A DNA stretch of 64,000 nucleotides from Candidatus Latescibacterota bacterium (GTDB lineage: Bacteria; Latescibacterota; UBA2968; GCA-2709665). Location: assembly GCA_963667175.2 (NCBI GenBank), contig CAXXXF010000015.1, positions 448,001 to 512,000 on the forward strand. The letters run 5' to 3'. Shown piece after piece: positions 1-7,662 of the stretch (its first letter is position 1; the number at the start of each line of letters is the position of its first letter). The translations under genes were made by a program, and so were the position numbers. A model generated the notes under the pieces. The model saw nothing but the letters and a program-made list of their open reading frames with translations. It made no database searches and was not told where the DNA came from.

Positions 1-219
1 AGGCAGATTGAATCGAACCTCCAGGACCGCGAGGATGCTGTCCCGAAGCCCCTGCTCGATCCCCTGTTCAATCCCTTGCTCGATCCCCTGTTCAATCCCT
101 TGCTCGATCCCCTGCTCGATCCCCTGTTCGATCCCTCGCTCAATCCCCTGTTCGATCCCTCGCTCTTTGGCTTCACGCGTGAGATATCGGGCAAAGGACG
201 ATTCGCGGATGAGATCCAT
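1..219 (-). CDS. Stand-alone small C-terminal Rpn protein (RpnS-like putative antitoxin), 9 GIE[QR] repeats; runs off the window edge
   Basis: ATG at 219 preceded by AAGGAGG; encodes MDLIRESSFARYLTREAK..., matching the C-terminus of 362..1327; promoter/leader joined directly to the RBS. Confidence 0.75.
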   Translation of the reverse strand, partial: MDLIRESSFARYLTREAKERGIEQGIERGIEQGIEQGIEQGIEQGIEQGIEQGIEQGLRDSILAVLEVRFNLP

Positions 220-252
220 GATGCCCTCCTTGTGGTAAGGCGCCGTGTAGAC

Positions 253-280
253 AAGATACCGGATCAGTACCGAATGTCAA
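253..280 (-). promoter_or_regulatory. sigma70-type promoter of an Rpn repeat unit (TTGACA-16 nt-TATCTT); further copies at 1376-1403, 2523-2550 and 2944-2971
   Basis: Perfect -35 TTGACA and -10 TATCTT on the minus strand, conserved upstream of all four ORFs. Confidence 0.65.
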
Positions 281-361
281 TGAACAAGACGGGACAACGC
301 GCCTTATGAGTGCATTGTCCCGATATGTGTTATGCGGTAAAGGGTATTTCGGGGATGAGAG

Positions 362-1327
362 TCAGTCCTGCTCCTGATCCAACACCCGACCGAACGCCTC
401 GACGCCGGATACCCGCACCGCCGCGCGATGCAGTTCCTTCAGACGCTGGACGTCGTCGATTCCCGCAACGCGAACCGTCAGGGGATGCGACCCAGATAGA
501 TTGAATCGAACCTCCAGGACCGCGAGGATGCTGTCCCGAAGACCCTGCTCAATCCCCTGCTCAATCCCCTGTTCGATCCCTCGCTCGATCCCTTGCTCAA
601 TCCCTTGCTCGATCCCCTGCTCGATCCCCTGCTCTTTGGCTTCACGCGTGAGATATCGGGCAAAGGACGATTCGCGGATGAGATCCATGATGCCCTCCTT
701 CAAAATGACGTCAGAAATGACCTCCGGCGCGTACACCAGCCCGCTCAGCACTGACATCCCAGCCAGGTAATCGGCCTTTGCAGGCGCAGCGATCGACCGC
801 GCGTTCGCCAGGTGGATACAGCGGCGTAACCACGCGCCTGATCCCATGCCTTCAGGCGGCTTCATCAACGGCGTAAACGCCATCACTCCGACGTGTCCCG
901 CATTGAGCACGCCCTGACCATCCAGCTCGCTCAGCCGAATCACCCGGTACTGTACATGAACCCGGTGACCGGATTCCGATTGCAGATACTGTCCAGGATC
1001 CCGCTCTCCCGCGTCCGGGCGCAGGTAGATGACGCTGGAAAAAACCGGCACGCCGTGCCGCTCAATGGCGCGACCGATATAGCCTGCCATGCGGCGCGGC
1101 ATAGGCGGATCGATGCTGTCCGACGTCTGAAATTCGTTGTGGACCAATGCCTCCGCGCCGTCGATACGGACGCGAATGAGGCTGTCCGCGCGCCGTGCCG
1201 AGACCGTGGGCTGCTCGGTATCGATAACTTCGAGCACTTCAACGTCTTCTCGCCCGAGCGTGAAACCGGCGACGTCGCCGGGATAGGTTTGAATCAGGTA
1301 CTTGGAAATCGCATCGAATTCTGCCAT
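362..1327 (-). CDS. Rpn family recombination-promoting nuclease/putative transposase (PD-(D/E)XK), 321 aa, 7 GIE[QR] repeats; internal RpnS-like ORF 362..688
   Basis: Motifs D..SK.L, RADSL, HNEFQT, MPRRMAGY, SVIYL; C-terminal GIEQ repeats; internal AAGGAGG-N5-ATG. Confidence 0.85.
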   Translation of the reverse strand: MAEFDAISKYLIQTYPGDVAGFTLGREDVEVLEVIDTEQPTVSARRADSLIRVRIDGAEALVHNEFQTSDSIDPPMPRRMAGYIGRAIERHGVPVFSSVIYLRPDAGERDPGQYLQSESGHRVHVQYRVIRLSELDGQGVLNAGHVGVMAFTPLMKPPEGMGSGAWLRRCIHLANARSIAAPAKADYLAGMSVLSGLVYAPEVISDVILKEGIMDLIRESSFARYLTREAKEQGIEQGIEQGIEQGIERGIEQGIEQGIEQGLRDSILAVLEVRFNLSGSHPLTVRVAGIDDVQRLKELHRAAVRVSGVEAFGRVLDQEQD

Positions 1328-1484
1328 GCAGGATGCCCGGGGAACTCTGGGAGAATGGTAAGGCGCCGTGTAGACAAGATACCGGATCAGGACCGAATGT
1401 CAATGAACAAGACGGGACAACGCGCCTTATGAGTGCATTGTCCCGATATGTGTTATGCGGTAAAGGGTATTTCGGGGATGAGAG

Positions 1485-2474
1485 TCAGTCCTGCTCCTGA
1501 TCCAACACCCGGTCGAACGCCTCGACGCCGGATACCCGCACCGCCGCGCGATGCAACTGTTTCAGACGCTGTACGTCGTCGATTTCCGCAACGCGAACCG
1601 TCAGTGGATGCGACCCAGGCAGATTGAATCGAACCTCCAGGACCGCGAGGATGCTGTCCCGAAGACCCTGCTCGATCCCCTGTTCAATTCCCTGTTCGAT
1701 CCCTCGCTCAATCCCTTGCTCGATCCCCTGCTCAATCCCTTGCTCGATCCCTCGCTCGATCCCCTGCTCGATCCCTTGCTCTTTGGCTTCACGCGTGAGA
1801 TATCGGGCAAAGGACGATTCGCGGATGAGATCCATGATGCCCTCCTTCAAAATGACGTCAGAAATGACCTCCGGCGCGTACACCAGCCCGCTCAGCACTG
1901 ACATCCCAGCCAGGTAATCGGCCTTTGCAGGCGCAGCGATCGACCGCGCGTTCGCCAGGTGGATACAGCGGCGTAACCACGCGCCGGATCCCATGCCTTC
2001 AGGCGGCTTCATCAACGGCGTAAACGCGATCACTCCCACGTGTCCCGCATCGAGCACGCCCTGGCCATCCAGCTCGCTCAGCCGAATCACCCGGTACTGT
2101 ACATGAACCCGGTGACCGGATTCCGATTGCAGATACTCTCCAGGATCCCGCTCTCCCGCGTCCGGGCGCAGGTAGATGACGCTGGAAAAAACCGGCACGC
2201 CATGCCGCTCAATGGCGCGACCGATATAGCCTGCCATGCGACGCGGCATAGGCGGATCGATGCTGTCCGTCGTCTGAAATTCGTTGTGGACCAATGCCTC
2301 CGCGCCGTCGATACGGACGCGAATGAGGCTGTCCGCGCGCCGTGCCGAGACCGTGGGCTGCTCGGTATCGATAACTTCGAGCACTTCAACGTCTTCTCGC
2401 CCGAGCGTGAAACCGGCGACGTCGCCGGGATAGGTTTGAATCAGGTATTTGGAAATCGCATCGAATTCTGCCAT
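1485..2474 (-). CDS. Rpn family nuclease/putative transposase, 329 aa, 9 GIE[QR] repeats; internal RpnS-like ORF 1485..1835
   Basis: Near-identical paralog of 362..1327. Confidence 0.85.
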   Translation of the reverse strand: MAEFDAISKYLIQTYPGDVAGFTLGREDVEVLEVIDTEQPTVSARRADSLIRVRIDGAEALVHNEFQTTDSIDPPMPRRMAGYIGRAIERHGVPVFSSVIYLRPDAGERDPGEYLQSESGHRVHVQYRVIRLSELDGQGVLDAGHVGVIAFTPLMKPPEGMGSGAWLRRCIHLANARSIAAPAKADYLAGMSVLSGLVYAPEVISDVILKEGIMDLIRESSFARYLTREAKEQGIEQGIERGIEQGIEQGIEQGIERGIEQGIEQGIEQGLRDSILAVLEVRFNLPGSHPLTVRVAEIDDVQRLKQLHRAAVRVSGVEAFDRVLDQEQD

Positions 2475-2631
2475 GCAGGATGCCCGGGGAACTCTGGGAG
2501 AATGGTAAGGCGCCGTGTAGACAAGATACCGGATCAGGACCGAATGTCAATGAACAAGACGGGACAACGCGCCTTATGAGTGCATTGTCCCGATATGTCT
2601 TTTGCGGTAAAGGGTATTTCGGGGATGAGAG

Positions 2632-2910
2632 TCAGTCCTGCTCCTGATCCAACACCCGACCGAACGCCTCGACGCCGGATACCCGCACCGCCGCGCGGTG
2701 CAACTGTTTCAGACGCTGTACGTCGTCGATTCCCGCGCCGCGAGCCGTCAGTGGATGCGACCCAGGCAGATTGAATCGAACCTCCAGGACCGCGAGGATG
2801 CTGTCCCGAAGCCCTTGCTCAATCCCCTGTTCGGTCCCTCGCTCGATCCCCTGCTCTTTGGCTTCACGCGTGAGATATCGGGCAAAGGACGATTCGCGGA
2901 TGAGATCCAT
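2632..2910 (-). CDS. Stand-alone small C-terminal Rpn protein (RpnS-like), 92 aa, 3 repeats
   Basis: AAGGAGG RBS, own promoter copy, matches the C-terminus of the long copies. Confidence 0.75.
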   Translation of the reverse strand: MDLIRESSFARYLTREAKEQGIERGTEQGIEQGLRDSILAVLEVRFNLPGSHPLTARGAGIDDVQRLKQLHRAAVRVSGVEAFGRVLDQEQD

Positions 2911-3147
2911 GATGCCCTCCTTGTGGTAAGGCGCCGTGTAGACAAGATACCGGATCAGGACCGAATGTCAATTGCATCCGGGAGATTTCCGCTAAATTCA
3001 TTCCCGGACACCGGCGCGGATTCCAACCGCAGCCCCCGATATCCAGGTGGGTCCGGGATTTTCTTTCTGTGAATCCACGATCAGCGTCCCGCCTCCTCCG
3101 ATTCCCCCTGCTACTAGCCACACCACGTGCCAGATCGGCCGCCGTAT

Positions 3148-3203
3148 TATGTCATTATGTCATTATGTCATATTATAGCAGATGATATGCCATTTTGGCA
3201 TAT
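3148..3203. promoter_or_regulatory. Putative enhancer/operator upstream of hsp20: (TATGTCAT)x3 and palindrome ATATGCCA-TTT-TGGCATAT
   Basis: Direct repeats at 3148-3171 and perfect inverted repeat at 3185-3203, ~120-175 bp upstream of the sigma54 motif. Confidence 0.5.
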
Positions 3204-3321
3204 ATTGCCCGTCAAATTACGGCTGTTGCATCGTTCAGGTGATTTGACTCCGCCGGCCGAATTTTCATAACGATATATATTACATAAATTTATTTTTATT
3301 TTCGATCGGGTCGAGCAAATT

Positions 3322-3337
3322 TGGCACGGGGCTTGCG
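3322..3337 (+). promoter_or_regulatory. sigma54 (-24/-12) promoter of hsp20
   Basis: TGGCAC-GGGGC-TTGCG matches TGGCAC-N5-TTGC; AT-rich tract immediately upstream. Confidence 0.7.
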
Positions 3338-3437
3338 AATAGACGTTGGCACAGGCTAGAGGGCGAGCAGGCAGTTCTCGAGACCCGACGTAAAATCCGT
3401 TCGTCGGGAAAACCGTAATCAAAAAGGAGGATTTACC

Positions 3438-3872
3438 ATGACACTCACCAGGTGGCAACCCAGGCGGCGCTTCGGGCTCGTTCCCGAGATCGACCGGTTC
3501 TTCGACAGCTTCTGGAGAGGCCCGCAGCACGATTTCCCCGCGCTGTCCACGTGGCGTCCGGCGACCGACGTGCAGGAGACCGACACGGACCTGCTGGTCC
3601 ACGTTGAGCTTCCCGGTCTGTCCAAGAAGGACATCAAGGTCAACATGGACAACGGCGTGTTGTCGGTTCAGGGCGAGAAGCAGCACGCGTCCGAGGAGAA
3701 GGAGAACCGGTACCACGTGTCGGAGCGGACCTACGGCCGCTTTGCCCGGTCGTTCACGCTTCCGTCCGAAGTGGACGCGGACAAGATCAAGGCCGGATTC
3801 GAGAACGGCGTGCTCACGCTGACCCTTCCGAAGCTGAAGGCGGCCACGCCACAGGCGATCGAGATCGCGTGA
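3438..3872 (+). CDS. Hsp20/alpha-crystallin small heat shock protein
   Basis: P.TDVQET, ELPGL.K.DIKV, ERTYG.F.RSF.LP, NGVL.L.LPK; AAGGAGG RBS. Confidence 0.97.
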   Translation: MTLTRWQPRRRFGLVPEIDRFFDSFWRGPQHDFPALSTWRPATDVQETDTDLLVHVELPGLSKKDIKVNMDNGVLSVQGEKQHASEEKENRYHVSERTYGRFARSFTLPSEVDADKIKAGFENGVLTLTLPKLKAATPQAIEIA

Positions 3873-3888
3873 CATTGAGCGCCAACTA

Positions 3889-3924
3889 AAAAAGGACCGA
3901 CGGCAGAATCGTCGGTCCTTTTTT
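3889..3924. terminator. Bidirectional intrinsic terminator
   Basis: AAAAAAGGACCGACG-gcagaat-CGTCGGTCCTTTTTT hairpin right after hsp20. Confidence 0.9.
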
Positions 3925-4249
3925 AGTTGGCAGCAATCAGCAATAAGCGTTCAGTTTGAAGCAAAACCAACCCATTAACGTCAGCGCAGTGATGTGGCAG
4001 GACCGGAACGCGCGCAGACCTCTCCCCCCGGCCCCTCAAAAGCGGTGAGAGGGTAGACGTCAGACGGGAGATATTGTCTGCCCCGTGCGGGTTCATCTCT
4101 TGCCAGAGGCATAACGGACGAACCAATCGGGCGGGGACGTCATCTACCGTCTTGCGTCTCACGTCTCATCCGGAAGGGGGGAGAGGGGGAGTGACAGCAG
4201 GCGTCTATCGAGCGAAGACAGGTCGCCCGCTGTGCAGGAGGAGACAGAG

Positions 4250-4579
4250 TCAGGATTCGAGTTCCAGTGCGATGGCAAGCGCATTGTCGAGCGCCCGGAC
4301 CTTGTGGCGAGACAGAGTTCCGATAAAGTGGGTCAACGTGGACTTTGAAATACTGACCAACTGGTCGCAGAAAATGCTGCTCTCATGCTTGAGACCCTCG
4401 CCCACGCCGACAGGCACCTGCGTAGAAAGCCCATCGCGGGAGGAAAATACCGGAGCGCAGACAACGGTCGAGAACTTCGAATCAATGAGGGCCTGGCGGC
4501 TGACGACCACGAACACCCGGTAGTCTCGAGGGTCCTCGCGCGATCCCCTGTAAACACGATATAGTTCACCGCGTGTCAC
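4250..4579 (-). CDS. mazF: PemK/MazF family type II toxin (endoribonuclease)
   Basis: [42 protein letters not shown]. Confidence 0.9.
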   Translation of the reverse strand: MTRGELYRVYRGSREDPRDYRVFVVVSRQALIDSKFSTVVCAPVFSSRDGLSTQVPVGVGEGLKHESSIFCDQLVSISKSTLTHFIGTLSRHKVRALDNALAIALELES

Positions 4580-4815
4580 GGGTCGATCTGCCAGGAAAGC
4601 ACGTCTTTCGCTTCATCGTTAAATGCTGAAGCTTTCCGGTCGAGAATTTCCGTATCCTGTGCGTCCCGGATCCGCCGTCTCAATACTGCGACATACTGCC
4701 TCAATGCCGTTTCCAGGAACGCGGATCGGTTCTTCGGCGTATCCGGCGCCTTCAAAAGGCTGTCCATCTCCCGGACCAGTCCTTCGGACAGGGTTATCGA
4801 GGTTTTAATTTTCAC
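4576..4815 (-). CDS. Ribbon-helix-helix antitoxin (likely GTG start at 4815)
   Basis: [10 protein letters not shown]...[14 protein letters not shown] pattern; overlaps the toxin start by 4 nt. Confidence 0.8.
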   Translation of the reverse strand: MKIKTSITLSEGLVREMDSLLKAPDTPKNRSAFLETALRQYVAVLRRRIRDAQDTEILDRKASAFNDEAKDVLSWQIDP

Positions 4816-5132
4816 GGGCTCATCCTTCACTATTTGCAAAAGGTCGTATATTTATCTTACTAAAAGTAGTATATCTGGAGATATTTGTCAAGAAGATTGG
4901 CTGTCAGCTATCAGCCGTCAGCCAAAAGCGAGGAAAGGGTAGAGGAGAGTCACGGGAGACGTGAGATGATACCAGTGCCCGATGGTTTTTCCAGTCGTTA
5001 CGATAACGGTAAATTAGCAGGCACGGTATATGTAGAAACACTGCTGCAAATGTCTTCATCTACCGTCTCACGTCTCACCGCTTTCAGGTCTTCCTTCATC
5101 CTTCAACCTTTTTCCTTCTTCCCTTTCACGTC

Positions 5133-6395
5133 TCACCGCTTTTGCGCCGAAGCGGTCTCAGGCAGCGTGAACCTGATTCGATCGAATCGCCGCGCCAGGG
5201 CCGTCGCGCGGTCCCGGGCGCCGTCCGGATCCCGGTCGCTGAGCACGTCCAGAATACAGCCGGCGATTTCGGGGGCGTCCGCCTCCGTCATGCCGTATCG
5301 GGTCGCCTCCTGCACGCCGATGCGCAGGCCGTGCCTTCCCAGTCCCTCCGGAGCCCCGGCAGCATTGACGAGAATGTGGCACGCTTCCAGCTTTCTGACC
5401 AGCGGTCCGCTCTCGCCGAACGCATCCACAACGGGAATCACCGTGTGCGACTCCGTATAGCCCCGGTTGGCGCCCACCACCGGCACGCCCTGTTCGTGGA
5501 ACGCCCGGCCCAGCGCTTTGGCATTGTTGATGATCGCATCCGCGTGCGCCTCCCCGCACGCCATCCACTCCAGGAACGTCCCCGCGAGCGACGGCAGGCG
5601 GCTCAGGTGATGGTTTGCGATCATCAGCGGCGATATCGCCTTCGCGATCCGTTCCGCAACGCCCCGGTCGTTGGTCAGGATCATTCCACCCTGCGGCCCG
5701 GCGAGCGTTTTGTGCGTGCTCGTGACGATGACGTCCGCGCCTTCCGTCAGGGGAGACTGAAACCGCCCGCCAGCAATCAGGCCCATCACGTGGGCCGCGT
5801 CGTAAACGAGGAACGAACCGGGACGGTAACGATCCATCGCGGCCCTCAATTCCCGCACGGGCTGGGGAAAGAGGAACTGCGCCGATCCGATGCTCACCAG
5901 TCCGGGACAGCGTTCCCGGATCAGCGAAACCGTCCGGTCCAGGTCGATATCGGAATTCAACCCGTCCCATGGGATCGGAATCGACTTCAGGTCCACCTTC
6001 AATCCGGAATTCGCCAGCTTCGCGGCATACATGTGCCCGTTGTACACCTCGAGCACCGTATCTCCAGGACGGGCAAGCGCGAACATGGCGATCAGGCCGG
6101 CGATATTTCCGGACAGGGGTCGCAGGTCCACGTACGCAGCGTTGAATAGCCGCTTCGCCAGGTCCTGCGCCATCTCTTCGATCTCGGCGAGATACGTGTT
6201 CCCAGGATACCCCCGGTTTCGTGGATCGATACCGGTATACGATCCGTACCTGTGGTCCAGATCGTTCACGATCAGCCGTTCCACCAGCGGGCTCGGCCGG
6301 GTCTCCGACGCAATCAGATTCAGACAGTTTTCGCGAAACGTGGTGTGCTGCTCCACCAGGGTGTCGATTTCCCGGACCCTGCGGACGAAATCCAT
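5133..6395 (-). CDS. PLP-dependent serine hydroxymethyltransferase-like enzyme (archaeal-type/transaldolase-like)
   Basis: LNLIASET, YDAAHVMGLIAGG.FQ.PL.EGAD, STHKTLAGPQGG (PLP lysine), GLRIGVQE.TR.GM. Confidence 0.85.
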   Translation of the reverse strand: MDFVRRVREIDTLVEQHTTFRENCLNLIASETRPSPLVERLIVNDLDHRYGSYTGIDPRNRGYPGNTYLAEIEEMAQDLAKRLFNAAYVDLRPLSGNIAGLIAMFALARPGDTVLEVYNGHMYAAKLANSGLKVDLKSIPIPWDGLNSDIDLDRTVSLIRERCPGLVSIGSAQFLFPQPVRELRAAMDRYRPGSFLVYDAAHVMGLIAGGRFQSPLTEGADVIVTSTHKTLAGPQGGMILTNDRGVAERIAKAISPLMIANHHLSRLPSLAGTFLEWMACGEAHADAIINNAKALGRAFHEQGVPVVGANRGYTESHTVIPVVDAFGESGPLVRKLEACHILVNAAGAPEGLGRHGLRIGVQEATRYGMTEADAPEIAGCILDVLSDRDPDGARDRATALARRFDRIRFTLPETASAQKR

Positions 6396-6408
6396 GGGAG
6401 TTTCCCCT

Positions 6409-7464
6409 CTATTCACGGGCTGTTAAGGCATCGATCAGGTCGACCTCGTCATATAGCAGCGCCCGCGCAAACGCGCCCTGCCCCAGATAGTCGGGCGCAT
6501 TCCACGCTCCGGGCGCGCAGTAGTAAGCCGTTACCAGCCGCTCCCCGAGCCTCACGGTCGAGGGGTACCCCAGATCGCTGTCCCCCAGGTCGTCGCATAC
6601 GATCAGGGGGACGCCCCAGCTCCGCCCCCCGTCTTTGCTCACCCGGGCCTGCACGCCGAAAGGGTCGTGGCGCACGCCGTAGATCATCAGGATCCAGCCG
6701 TTGGACAGCAGCGTGAGGTCGGCGGGGTGTTCCCGTCCGCCTGTCACCTCCAGCGGCGCATCCCACGTGTCTCCTCCGTCCGTGGATCGGCACACCGAAA
6801 TCAGGCCCCCCTCGTGGACCGAACGCATTGCGGCAATCAGAACGCCGTCGCCGGTCGAAAGCAGCGCCGTTTCATTGTATCCATCGGCGATAAGCGTTGG
6901 GCGATCCCACGTCCTGCCGTTGTCGTCGGAACGCAGAATATACGCACAATCGTCCGTATCATCTCCGGAAGGGTTATCGGAGCCGTAAAGAGGCAGCAGC
7001 ATCGTACCACCCGGCAGGGTGACGATCCTCCCGAACGGGGAGTGCTTTTCCATTCCCTCGACGCCAAGGGGCCGATCGTCTTCCCAGCTTCGCCCCCCAT
7101 CGCGAGACCGGGTCACCCGCATCTGCACCCGGCGCAGTTCCGGCGCCCAGCTTCCGTCTTCGCCATAGGACCCCTGTGCATGGTACGCCAGCACGACCGT
7201 CCCGTCGGGCGCCACCCCCAACGCCGGATTCCGGTCGTCCGCGCCGGAGTCGACGATCACGACCGGCGCCTCCCACGTCCGCCCGCCGTCCGGCGAGCGA
7301 ATCGCTTCCAGGCGGCCGGTAACGCCCACGTGACCCGCGCCGGCGCGCACCACCGCCAGGACGTCGTTGCCGCCCACGCTGGCGAGTACCGGGAAATAGC
7401 CCCGGTCACGGCAGATGACCACCTCGGCAGCCGAAGGAAACCTACGAAAATCAATGGTGTCCAT
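6409..7464 (-). CDS. BNR/Asp-box repeat sialidase-like beta-propeller protein
   Basis: Five Asp-boxes (SPDGGRTW, SRDGGRSW, SDDNGRTW, STDGGDTW, SKDGGRSW); DLGYPS motif. Confidence 0.85.
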   Translation of the reverse strand: MDTIDFRRFPSAAEVVICRDRGYFPVLASVGGNDVLAVVRAGAGHVGVTGRLEAIRSPDGGRTWEAPVVIVDSGADDRNPALGVAPDGTVVLAYHAQGSYGEDGSWAPELRRVQMRVTRSRDGGRSWEDDRPLGVEGMEKHSPFGRIVTLPGGTMLLPLYGSDNPSGDDTDDCAYILRSDDNGRTWDRPTLIADGYNETALLSTGDGVLIAAMRSVHEGGLISVCRSTDGGDTWDAPLEVTGGREHPADLTLLSNGWILMIYGVRHDPFGVQARVSKDGGRSWGVPLIVCDDLGDSDLGYPSTVRLGERLVTAYYCAPGAWNAPDYLGQGAFARALLYDEVDLIDALTARE

Positions 7465-7662
7465 GGAGAAACCTCCCCCCAAAAAAAACGCGAAAACATC
7501 ACGAGTCGCACGTCTGCAGACTTCTGGCAGCATGTGGTTCCCCGGTTGCAGTCGCGATTACTTGCAAATTCGGTTTGATTCCAGGTGTTTTATTGGCCGA
7601 TCCGCGATCCGAATCAATCCTCACGTTAGGATGCCTGGTTGCGAACCAACAGGATCAGACCC

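Larger units (their letters stand above)
1..2972. repeat. Direct tandem repeat array of Rpn units (periods 1123, 1147 and 421 bp) containing 12-bp minisatellites
   Basis: GGTAAGGCGCCGTGTAGACAAGATACC recurs at 234, 1357, 2504 and 2925. Confidence 0.95.

Noticed and set aside
50-170. 12-bp repeats as a CRISPR array
   Set aside because: No unique spacers; they are in-frame coding repeats (GIEQ) of the Rpn C-terminus, and no cas genes are present
8-1917. Plus-strand (CSIP)n Cys-rich ORFs as RiPP precursors or metallothioneins
   Set aside because: They are antisense shadows of the GIEQ repeats, with no RBS
1-2972. Rpn units as IS elements
   Set aside because: No terminal inverted repeats or target duplications; head-to-tail tandem duplication explains the structure
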